From: Camelus dromedarius
Lineage: Eukaryota
Assembly: GCF_036321535.1 (NCBI RefSeq)
Contig: NC_087437.1
Span: forward strand, 45,882,001 to 45,946,000
Direction of reading: 5' to 3'
Length of the DNA stretch: 64,000 bases
The position numbers and the translations under genes were made by a program. Below the pieces are notes generated by a model that saw only the letters and a program-made list of their open reading frames with translations, made no database searches and was not told where the DNA came from. Of this stretch, positions 13,885 through 26,010 are shown in pieces (the first letter of the stretch is position 1; each line of letters starts with the position of its first letter).

Positions 13885-16349
13885 TCATTCTCTTACTGGC
13901 AACATGCTCCATGATACAAATGAAAGACCTCTATAATCTTTCAAGATCGCTTTGCACCCAGGTGAAATCCTGGACTGTTATTTAGCTAAGGTCAAATACA
14001 TTTTTAAATAAAAGAAATATCAAAATCCAAACATGTTAACCTTTATGTATTTTCCCTTTCACTTAAATAATGTAGTATTTGAAATTTCTAGTACACAGAA
14101 AATTTAACAGTGGCACATAATTTTTCTCAACAAATAGTATCACACTTTCAAGCAGAAACAAAAGCCTTTGTAAATCATGTGACTCAACTGCTTCACTCAA
14201 GATAATTTAGTGCAAGATAAATTAAGACATCTAATATTTTTGTAGTACACTTAAATTTCTACATATAAATCACTAGACACCTTATAAGTTCAATATTCTG
14301 CAGGTTTTTAATAAAACTATTTAGGAAATAAAAAGGAAACTGAAACCAATAAGGAATGAAAACTGAACTTTAATAATGAAAAATAGTTTGTATACTTAAA
14401 TTCTATTGTATACATGATTAAGTGCTTAAAAAAAAAAAACCCACAAATTCTTTGCCACTTAGTAATAATCCACTAAATGAACGCCTTAGGAAATTACGAG
14501 TTGGCAAGTGAAAATTCAATTTCTTTGTCCATCAACAATTCTTTAATTTTAATTTAAAATACTTAAAACCAAAATATTCAAACAAAAGTCTCTTTATGCT
14601 GGTCTTTTTTTTTTTTTTTTAATGAAAATCAAATCCAAATTCAAATGTAAAATTCTAGCAAACTGATAGACCCAAGGGTGGTTATTCTCTTTATCAAAAT
14701 ACCATCAGAGCTTATCATTAAATAGTAATTGTCATTAATGTATTTTAAATAATTCATTTAATTATACATCTAATACAGAATGTTAAGAAACTTTCATACT
14801 AAATAAAGTAAATGAATATGGGCTTATTTGGGTCTTGGTTAAACTAATCCATATAATAACTGTTGTCAAGCCTTTCTATCTTTGTTGTTCAGCGCTTAGT
14901 CCACGTCTTTTTCCGTTCTGCGCCTCCACTCTCTGGCTCTTTGTGGGACTTATAAACAGTCTATACTAAAATACTGTGGGATCACAAACAGTATGTGGCT
15001 AGGAGATACTGTAATTGGTTAATAGAGAGTCAAAGTACACCTAAGTCGATTTTCCTTGCAGCTGCTCCTTCTCTCCCTCTTTGGAACACGTAACCATTCC
15101 TGTAGCTATCCATAGTGAGAAGTGGAAAGATGTTACCTTTAAGACCTGAATATTAACTTCTTGAGTTTGCCTACAGACTAGATCATTATTAAACACATTT
15201 ACAGTCTGCAGCTTAATTTGAGCTCACAGAGAAGGCTAAGAAACATACAAATGAAAAAGCACCATTTCGCATTGTCCTTGTCAGGAAACCCACAACTACT
15301 TGAATGAGTGGATTTCAGGTCTCAGGTCCCCAGGACAGGAAGCTAAGAATAAAGACTGGGAAGGATGGGGAGAAAGGGTGAGAGAAATGGAAGTGAAATA
15401 CATAGGCAGGGTGGAGGCTGTTTTCAATTACATATCCCTTCCAAAATACATTTTGCAGCAAACCATAAACAGGAATAAAAGCTAAACATCCAAGTGACTT
15501 AGAGGTTTAAGAAGACAGACTTCAAGACAGATGATATCACTTACAGAGGGCTGACACCATGCATGCATAATAGTATTACTTTATTATCTGAATTAGCAGA
15601 TGAGAAAATAGTCGCAATAAAAATAAAGATTCAAATTCATTCAGAGACCATGGCCTTAACCACTGCACTCTCCCAATCCTACTGAGCAGTCAGAATGCGG
15701 CCAAGGAAAAAGCTAATTCAGAGTGAGCTCCTGTTACCAACAGAAAATAAAAGACTGCATAACTGTTCTCCTGTTTCAACTCAGAGTATTAGAAAGTGGT
15801 ATCAGTAGTGCATGAAGCAGTAACATATCTCATTAAAAGAGGCTTCTAAAGTGTTTTGATTTTCGTAAGCCTTATAAATTACAGTAAAGTCCATGATTTC
15901 TGCACTCTCTAACTCCTGAGTACAATTTAAATAACAATTAATTATATTTTTAGACTCTGTTTAATCAGGTGGTAGAGTTCAAGCCTATGTCCAAGAATAT
16001 CCTGAGAGCTGCACGTAGAGCAGCGTCAATTTTTGGCTGGAAGGCTGCATACATCCTGAATTTGTTCTGTGAGACCAGGTGCTCACAGCCATCTCAAGTT
16101 ACTGTGTGTACGCTTAGGATGTTCACAAATAATAAGCAAACAATCCTAATGTGGTCATCAGCACTGACTTGGCACTTACCGTTCATGTTTACCCTAGAGA
16201 AGGTCCAGACTTAAATGCTCTGTTTAATTCATGTTGAATTCAACTATAATTTTTCCTTATCTCTAGTTACAGCATTACATGACAGCTTAACATTATTATG
16301 TTCAAGACTACTTTTCTTTTTCCGGTTAAACCTTCTTTTTCCTTAGAAA

Positions 16350-17065
16350 TTTCTTACTTATTTTGTTACACCTGGAAGTCATCCTAACTTCCACCTCAGC
16401 CCTTAGCATTCCACAATCTGCCAAAACCTATCAATCCTACCTCTCTAGTCTTTGTCATCAGCTTTCCTATTCCGCCAGAACCTTGAGTTCAGCCCCCCAT
16501 CATCCTTTGCCTGGACTGTTACTGTCAAAACTCCCCTTTTTCTGTCTTCCCTCGTTGAGCACACCTGACACACTACAGCTAGACTACTACTTGTAAAACA
16601 AAAACTGATCATGCCACTCCTTACTTGAGCACTTTCAATGATCCCTTAGGGCTTCATAATAAAGGACAAACTCTCAAGTATGGCACACAGTTACTTTTGT
16701 AATCTTGACCTTACCCATCTCTTCAGGCTTATTTCCCCAATTCTACCCTCCCATTCTTCCCTCGGTACAATAAATTCAAGTGACTGCCAATTACAAGTAG
16801 CACCTTGAATATGCTGTGCTCTCACGCCTTTGGCCCTTATGTATTCTTGTGCTCTTTCCACCAATGGGAATGGAGGTGAAGTCCTTCCTTTCACTGCTCC
16901 AGGGTTGATCACACTCTTACATTAATCCTATAATTTGTCTATGTATGGCATTTACCACACTGAATGATTATCACAAGTGTGTCTATGGTTGTGCATATGT
17001 ATATGACTACTAGACTGGGCTGCTTGAGGATGGGGTTTATGTCTAGTAATCTTTCAATTCAGGGA
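16350..17065 (+). mobile_element. L2 LINE 3' fragment
   Basis: Pyrimidine-rich L2-like text: 'ctgatcatgccactccttactt...tttcaatgatccc', 'tagactgggctgcttgaggatgggg'. Confidence 0.65.
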
Positions 17066-18107
17066 AATTAGATCATTACCTAATTTTACTAGTTCTCTGT
17101 TCAATCAGAATGCAATTCTACTATAATTTTATCTTGGCACATCAGAAAATCTATGAATCCAGAAAAAAAAGATATGAAAATTCTCCTTGAAAACCAAAAC
17201 TAAAGCTTGAACAAGGGTTAAGTCAAAAATATTTGCATTTATCTATAAATATATAAATGGGAAATACTTTTTCAGGGACAGCTTTCGATCTACATAATAG
17301 AAAGCAAAAGGGATCAACTTAAATTTGTGAAATGCTTAGGTCTAGCCTGATTGCCTAAAATAGCATCCATTCTTTACAGGAGTAAAAGCAAATCTGATTA
17401 TTAATAATACCTCTGTAATCAAGTACTCTACGCATTCACCAGACTGAGTAAGATTTGGGAGGGAGAAAAGAGATTCGAGAGAGAGTAAGGGTGAAAAACA
17501 CAAACTTCAACCCAGAGTAATTCAGTGACGTTCTGCGATAAAGGGCCAGTAGTGTAGGGTGTATGTGGAGTTACTCTTGAGACCACACGTTTCCACGTAA
17601 GACATGAGATCACAAGACAACCATTTTCTACATATTGCTCGTTTCAGGAGTGCCTTCTCTTAGGACGATAGGGATTGTATTCTCAAAGGGAAGTCAAATC
17701 CTCCAGAGACTGCCAAATCTACTTTGTAAACAGAGAGTATCAGAACATAAAAATGGGCCCTGAACATGGTTTACAGTACAGGATGGAATATGGGGGGAAA
17801 AAGCCACTACTATATAACACAGTGCCCTAGTCTAAAAGGAAAATCTGATTTAACCAATGTTCTTTTTAAGCTTCAGGTCAGAGAAGCCCAGAAAATTATA
17901 TCCCTGCTCCCATTACCACACACTCCCTTGCCCCCAAATCTGTTTCCAACTCTGTCCTACAGACGCATATTTCTTGTTTACTGTAAAAAGTTCCACACGT
18001 AATTGCTTAATTAAAGATTGTAGAAAAGGTAAAAAGAAATAGGAGGAAAAATGCTATAGGGGATCTCAGATGTTGAAGAATTAGACTTAGCACTTATTAA
18101 AAAAAAG

Positions 18108-18330
18108 CAACTGGGATTTCAAAATGTAGAACAGATAAACAAGATTATACTGTATAGCACAGGGAAGTATATACACAAGATCTTGTGGTAGCTCACAGTG
18201 GAAAAAAAAATGTGACAATGAATATATGTTCATGTATAACTGAAAAATTGTGCTCTACACTGGAATTTGACACAACATTGTAAAATGACAGTAACTCAAT
18301 TAAAAAAAAGTTAAAAAAAAAAAAAAGGAA
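18108..18330 (+). mobile_element. Young 5'-truncated L1 3' end with poly(A) tail (camelid/cetartiodactyl type)
   Basis: 'agataaacaagattatactgtatagcacaggga...atgtataactgaaaaattgtgctctacactggaatttgacacaacattgtaaaatgac' followed by an A-tail. Confidence 0.75.
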
Positions 18331-21300
18331 AAATGTGAAGGGAAAAAAAATTACAATACCAAAATCCAAATACAACTGTTAGCATTTTTATTTCCTTTTT
18401 TTCCAGCACAATATACTGGCTAATTTGTACCCTAATTTTGAACTTTGAACATTTTATATGAATTTTATTTTCTGAAATAATTTTAGTATTATCATAATAT
18501 TCAGCCAATAAATGCACTCAGTGAGTAAATTATTCATCCCACCACTGAACATCTGGACTTTGCCAATGTTCATTATTTTAAAAGAATCTTACCTCAAATA
18601 TCTATGTATATAGGCTTTTGCCATGTATACATATACATGTATTTTTTCTCCTTAGAATGGATTCTCTCAAAAGTTGAACGGGACATGAGCATTTTAAAAG
18701 AAGTTTTCATGATTGCCAAACTGCTTTTCCAAAAACCTGCGCAAATTTATAATACCGTCATCAATTTATGTTTCCTTATACCCTCGCTATGCTGGCTATC
18801 CCTAAAAAACCCAAAAATATTACTATTAAGATTGAACAAGTTCTCTGTTTGGCAACTATTAAAGAACTTTTGTCTTTTAACAAGTATGTCAGTAGGAATG
18901 TGTAATAGGAATTCCTTTTATCAGCGAAAAACAGTCATTCAGTTTACAAAAATGGGGAGAAAAACTGATTAGTAAGTATAGTAATTACCAGCATTTATGA
19001 CAATTGCTTGCTGTTTATTGTTAATTAGTCATGTGTACAACAACTAAATGTGTCAAATCAATGTTACTGGATATTTTATTGGATTATAAAGCAAAACTAT
19101 ATACTTACTTGCACTTTGTAGCTGACCATCTACTCATAAACACTGACTCATGGTGGACATACCAGATCCTGAGCTCTCTCCTCACTCCAGTCCTTTGTAG
19201 CTACAGGCACATTACTGGTAGTCAGTTTAACCTAACTCCATCCAGCCCATCCTTAAAGTCTGCTTATAAATGGCACCAGTGGGGGGACATCTAGGAAGGA
19301 ATGTTTATCCAGTCCAGTGACCTTTATCTAAGTCAAGAAAAATGACTACACTGTCATTTGATTGCTGATATTTTACTGGCCATTGTAGGGTAAAAATATT
19401 AAATGGAAAAAAAAAAAAAAAAGAATGAATGGGTTATTTGGTGTCATAGGTCAGAACCTTAATGTTACACATAAACATCCACGTTAGTTTGTGCCCACCA
19501 TGATCAAGTCAGATTTCTAAATTAAGCATGTATCTGATGTGTGATCTTATAAACAAACAATACATTTTAAGTAAGCACCATGTAAGAAAAAGTTGTGTGG
19601 TGCAAGGCCTGTATCCAGGGAGATGCAATACCCCTTTGAAAATGTCAGAAAACAGTGAAAAGAGGTGGGGTGCAGGAGAGACAAGATGATCCCCCATGAA
19701 CCAAATGCTTTAAGACTACATATATCATCACCTTCTCATGAGTGGAGACTGGCAAGAAGAATCTCAGTTCTAAAAACATGAGGAGTTTTTAAAATAATAG
19801 TATTCAGAATGACAATCTAGAAAAATACTCAGTAATAAGGACACGCTGTTTTTGCATTTTCCAGTTAGTCTTCAATCATAAGATGCAAATGTTTCATAGC
19901 ATCCAACATTCAAGTTCATTATAAATATAAACATTTAAGCTCTTGAACATGTAACACAACAGTTAAATATAGAATCAAGAATTCTCCCCTCAACCAAATA
20001 CAGTTTTAAGCAAAGTAAAATTTCACCTTATACAACAAAGCAACAAGAAAAAGGGGTGCCACAAGGTTCACAAATAATTGCCAGGAACAATTTCTTCAGA
20101 AAAAAAATAAACTAAAACTGAGAATAACTGCAAGAGAGTCAAGTGATACAAAAAGAGGAGAGGGTGGAGGGAAGGGAAATTTAAAGGTCCAAACCAGCTT
20201 AGCTCTTCTAAAATTAACAGTATATCAGGTTTGGTTTGTTATATACAACTGAAGTACATACCACTTAGTACTTATTCTGCATACGGTGGAGAGATTTGCG
20301 CTGCCCTTGGGCAAATGCTAATTGAAGGGCGCACGCTGCAACAAGTCAGTTGTTACTTACAGTGCTGCACGTCAAACATGCTCAACTTCCAAGTCATCTC
20401 AAAAGGGAAAAAAGTAGCGAATTTTATTCCCGAGGAAATATTTGTTGAATATGAAAAGTCTAGTTCACAACAGTGTAAAATGATGGTGGCCAAAGTAATT
20501 CACTTAGGGTGAACTTTCCAGAGATTAAAAACAAGAAAAATAAAAAGTCCCAACACTTAATAAAACCATCCTACAACAACTACACTTTTAACTAGTTTTA
20601 ATGAATAGAGAAGGATGGCTTATTTCAAACAAGTTTATGAAACATTTGAGGCTGAATATCACAATCAAGTCCCTTTTCAGTAAGGAATAAATTTTATGAA
20701 TAAGAAAATGGCAGCTCTGAGAAGTTCTGTAAATTGGGGGTGGGGTAGGTGGGGTGTGTGTGAGCTTTTCACAGGTAGTATCTTCCAGTGCTGATAACAG
20801 TCATAATAGGATGCTTACCACCTAGTATAATGTATTAAAAATTAAAACAATTTAAATGATTTTATTTCCTTTGGAGATGGATACCATAGTCCAGTCAACA
20901 CTAAACACTGTTTGCAGAAAACAGATATTAGAAGTTCTTACCAAAAAACATGATTTCTAAAATCACACGTTTATCAAAACAGAACAAAACTTTCATAAGG
21001 TGTTTTTGGACTTTCTGACTGAGAACTTCGAGATAATGAGACAAGCAAGAGGGAAATCTAATCTTCCTTTGTGGCAGGTCTTACAAACCAGTCCTTTGAA
21101 TTTCTCTGCACAGATACCTCCTTTGTCATAAATATATATTTTTTCCTATCTCCTAACCTAATTCAGTACTCTTTTATATGGAAGGTAGCAACATTAGGAT
21201 TCTAGTTTCTTCTATATTGCTTTAAATCTTTTAAGAGAAATAATTACGGTCTAAAAAGTAATTTACATCATATTTCTTAGATATTTAATAACTAATTATC

Positions 21301-24138
21301 AGTAATTACCTCTTGTAAGTTATGGTGATAAATAAATGCTGAATCCCAAAAACAACTCAGAGAAGGAATTACTAAACTAGGTGATTCCAAAATACAACCC
21401 ACCACAAATACGGTCACTTTTATATGTAATTAGAGATCAGAATCAAGGAAGAGTTTCTGTAAGTGGCAAGTGCTAATAAGATGGGCTGGATTCTGAGCTC
21501 TATCTGAAATCTGTCCTGAGTTGACAGAAGTATAAATTTCTTAAACTCCCATCTCTTATTTCTGGAAGTAATTTCAAATAAATGTCTCTTAGTACCTTTA
21601 GGGCATAAATAGGCCTCATCATTCCTGCTAAACCTTGCCTGCAAATAAAAACGCACCATTTTAGGGGCAGCTCCCTCTTTAGGGGATATTCTAATGCTCC
21701 AAATCTCAATGTATACACTTTAGGCTTTTTACTTTATCTCAAATAGCTACTAAATATAATTTTTCTTTCAAGACATTGTGAACATGCTACATACCTGTTG
21801 TCAACTTTCCTGTCAAGTTCTAATTATCCTAAAACTAATATAGATGAATGGCTTTCAAACTTTATGATGCCTAAAAATCACCTGGGGCATTTGTAAAATG
21901 CAGACTGTCAGAGAACCAAACTTTAGAACTTTAGTATAGGTGATTCTTAAATTTATGGCACGTTGCATTCTTAGAAAAACTGCCGTAAGTCAAAATGTCA
22001 TTGGTTGAGTCAGATTTCCCCTATAAGTCATAATGCAAATAGAAGTTACAAATTTTATAAAGGGACTGATGTGCAGTTTTACAGATGTGGCTTAACATCA
22101 TACTTCATCACCAGTACACTGTAAAGTATAAAGCTTTCTAATGAATACAGAAAGCACAACTAACAACATAGTAAACAATTACACAGAATTTCACACGATA
22201 AATATTAATCTGCCATATGAAGTTTTTCTAAAAAATTATTATTCTTGCTTTATTTTTACCACAACATGAAATACCTTGAAACATGAAATTTAGCAGGATT
22301 TTCTCTGAGAACATAAGCAACTTTAAGATTTTTGATAATATTTAATCATTGGATACTTTTTCAGAAATTAATCCAGAGTATTATTACTTTACTGTCTTTT
22401 TACTTGTATTTTCTTGTAGGAACATAAAACATCAATTTGTGGACTTCTGTTTGGAAGTAAGATCTGCGTGTTCACTGACACCTCTCACTTCACCTCGCCC
22501 TATTTCACCCAAGCAGAGGCTGGACCACAGGGTGCTGCTGAGCTAGTCAACTCTGTCTCATCTGCAGAAATAGTAGTTTCATATGGTTAAATCTAAATAG
22601 TTGCCGTTACAACACAACTATATGCCATTATAGTTATTTTCCCATCCACTGATCCTCCACAATGTTTTTCACTTTAGGTCCAAGGCCTCAAAGCTCTGGT
22701 GGTCAGATTCAAAGGCAGAAAATGTAGAGTTTGTTTTGACCTAACAAATTCTTTCCAATATGGCCCAAAGTACTACATAAAAATATCCAAATGTGTGCAT
22801 GTATACATGTTATATATCTAACAGTTCCAGGTCAGTAGTTTTTCAACACTTTATTAATCATTTTATCTCCTTCAAGATATTCTATGTATGTCCTCTTTGG
22901 ATCTGCCTTCAATACCAGTTTACCAGTTGAAAACAAAATGAAACAAAACAAGATTTATTAATCTCAAAGCTTTACAACAAGCTATTCTGCATTGCTGGTT
23001 ACTTTAGTTTCTTCTTTTTCCCCTCCCTGCCCTTGCTGGACATAATTTTCTCAGCTGTTCTCAGCCAGGAAGAAGCAGTGACAGTACTTGGGAACAGAAA
23101 ACCTCTGCCCAAGACAAAGGCTCAGAACTACAAAGAGGTGGGAACCTCCCAGCAAGCAGAGGATCTAAGATTGGGGGCTACAGTGGCATTCCCTGTATAA
23201 GAAAGGACAACTAAGCCCTTTAAGAAGAATAACTGGAGCTTCAAACCAAAACTGAGGGCTCAATCCCCTACTCTATTCCTTCCATCTGTTCTCACAAGTG
23301 ACTACCAAAATTACCATATACCAAACCTTACCTTACCAAACATTCTAGTAACTTTAGGCTATAGTTTCTAAAATTCAACCTCTCCAGCATATTTTCAACT
23401 ACCAAATGACTCCTTCTCATGTGAACAATCTGACTTACCATTGTAATCAATCTTTTCCACCATCCTACGTCCCATCCAACCCAAATCTTTCCCTCTTCTA
23501 CTTTTGCCCTTTTTTTCTTAATCTATCCCACATTTCCCCTGCAGTTTTCCTCCTGTTTTATAATACCTTTTAATTTGTCTAGAAAACTTGGACATCACTG
23601 ACTTAAGATTTGTGACAAATGGCTTTCAATTATTTGTATTTACTGATCACCCCTCAATAAACACATTTGTAAAAATTCAAGTCAAGGACACATTTAATCA
23701 ATTGGGATAATATGCATGAAAGCATTATGAAAAAAAACCCCAGTTAATTTAGTTTTAAAATGCTAACTGCAATTAGGACCAGTAACATTTAGCTGAGGAT
23801 TATGAATATACAGTATCAAACTGATGGTATCTGAGAGTTTATATGTTCCTACTAATCGTGTGTAATAATCTCACTTCACAACAAATTCTAAAAATGGCCT
23901 TTCAACAGTGAAAGCCAAACCATTCATTACAAATATCTGCCTGAGATAATTCCAACATATTTGAAAGAGTCAGAGAGTTAAACCATGCAGTAACATATAG
24001 CTTTAAAATGGCAGTCCAGACATTAAGGAAACATACAAAGTTCAACAGTTTGGACTGGTACAAATTTCAAATGCATAATAGGTTATTTTGAGAATGTTAA
24101 AATAATTTGAGGCCTATTTACTTTATGAAAGTACTCAC

Positions 24139-24196
24139 CTGACTCTTGCAAGTATCTATATACCAAGAAGTTGACCTCATCACTGCTTATACTCAT
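24139..24196 (-). CDS. TBL1XR1: TBL1XR1 first coding exon (58 nt): MSISSDEVNFLVYRYLQES(G), start of LisH motif
   Basis: Manual translation gives the TBL1XR1 N-terminus. Kozak context is AAGATGA. Donor is CAG|gtgagt, phase 1. Confidence 0.97.
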
Positions 24197-24241
24197 CTTT
24201 ATTCCCACTTAAACCATGAGGTCACAACACAGGATATAACC
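24197..24241 (-). other. TBL1XR1: 5'UTR part (45 nt) of the TBL1XR1 start-codon exon
   Basis: Acceptor ttttatttttag|GGTTATATCCTGTG...GGGAATAAAG directly precedes the ATG at 24196. Confidence 0.9.
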
Positions 24242-24871
24242 CTAAAAATAAAACAAAGTTAATTAAGTATTTTCTCAATAAAATATTTTAAACAAAATGT
24301 AAACAATTTGTAAAAACCATTTGATTTTATTAAATAATGTGAAATGAAGGTTCGATACTGGCTAAAAATAAACCCTAACGAATAAATATTACTTCCAACA
24401 GTTAGTAATAGGTTATACAACCAAAACATGGCTGGGTCGCTTTTTCTGCAACATACTGGCAAAAATGATTCAAAATATACAAAAGGGCTTTAGCATTTTA
24501 CTTTAAAATTATATCAAACAGCATAAATAGTTGTTTTTTCTCCTTAACTGAAAAAAAAAGTACATTTTAAGAATCAGAAAATTATTTATTTTGGAAAAGA
24601 ATGATTTTACACCACTGGATGGAGGACAAGCCATCGATGCTGATTTTGTCTACATAATTTGGTAGGATTCGAAGCCTCTATTTTCTCAACATCTAATCTG
24701 TAACGTTTAAGTTTGAAAAAGCTCTAGGTATGTATAAGGCAGAGAGATTAGAATAAGTTTCTGAAAATTCAAATGATATTCTCAAAAGGAGGGAAAAAAG
24801 GAAACAGATACAACTTAAATATGCCCTAATTACACCTATCTGTTCTCACATCACAAAAGGGTTTAAAGAAA

Positions 24872-25196
24872 AGGTCGGCAAGCTCCTCCCGTACAGAGCA
24901 CAGCAGCACACACCTCAGGCTCCACCAGCCACACAGTCACTGTTACAACCACTCAACTCTGCAACTGTCGTGCAGAAGTAGCAACAATGTTGCAAACAAA
25001 TGAGTGTGGCCACGTTCCAATAAAAATTTATGAACAATGAAATCTGAATTTCATATGACATTGTATCAAAAATAGTTTTCTTTTGATTCCTTTTTCAGCA
25101 CTTAAAAACTTTAAAAATCTTTCTTAGTTTGTGGTCCTTACAAAATAGGTTGGTGGGGCCAGACTTAGCCCACAGAGTATAGTTTCTTGGTCCCTT
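24872..25196. mobile_element. MER58B-like hAT element
   Basis: 'ggtcggcaagct', 'aaatgagtgtggccacgttccaataaaa', 'acaaaataggttggtggggccagacttagcccacagagtatagttt'. Confidence 0.7.
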
Positions 25197-25439
25197 GTTT
25201 AAAAATGGATATACTGACATCTATTCAGTATAAAGGGGTGTCTAATCATGGGCTTATGCCAATTGTCCTGTGGCATCATGGATCTCTTATGATGCAGAGT
25301 TAAGAGTATATTTAAAAATCACAAATTAATAAGCACTTAAACAGGTGACTCTGACAGGAACTGCTACTGCCACAAGTTGTGGAAAACCTGGTGACTAAAC
25401 TCTCATGAAGCTTATTTCAGAAAAAAAGAAAAGGAACAA

Positions 25440-26010
25440 GGAGGTAATAATTCTCTGATGGACACACACAAAGGAAGCCCTAACCAAATTTAGCAGTCTG
25501 GGAATCTCAGAGGAAGTGTCACTAGTGCCGAGAACTGAAGGATAGACAGGAGAAGTGTGAGACATGAACATCTGGAAAGGAGGGCAAGGAACAGAAGCAA
25601 TCCAGCGAGCAGTAACAATCAGCAGAAGGGCTGGTGAGAAAAAGAAATAAAATGTGAAGTAAGGCTTGAGAGGCACCTTGAAAGCATCACTTAGAGGAAA
25701 CCAATGAACTGAAGAGTTTTAAGCAGGGCAGGGGAATTATGAGATTTATGTTTTAAAAAGATCCTCCTGACTCTGATATAAAGGACAAACTGGAAGGAAA
25801 CTGGACTGGGAAAAGGGAGCCAGGTTAGCAGGGTGTTGTAGGAACCTAGGAGAAGACTAAAACCTGGGCTGTGGCGTTACTGCTTAATAGAAATACTGAG
25901 ATCCAAAGGCAGTCAGGAAGTGGACTCGAGGGTGATGGACTGGACACAGAGTTGTGGAAAAGGAAGAATCAAAAGTTTCTTTTCGGACATCTGGATGGTT
26001 GGTGAGATAT
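25440..26010 (-). mobile_element. L2 LINE fragment
   Basis: Purine-rich antisense L2 text 'gaagagttttaagcagggc...agatttatgttttaaaaagatcctcctgactctg'. Confidence 0.6.

Noticed and set aside
20735..20760. G-quadruplex motif
   Set aside because: Only three runs of three or more G plus one GG, so it is non-canonical and unsupported.
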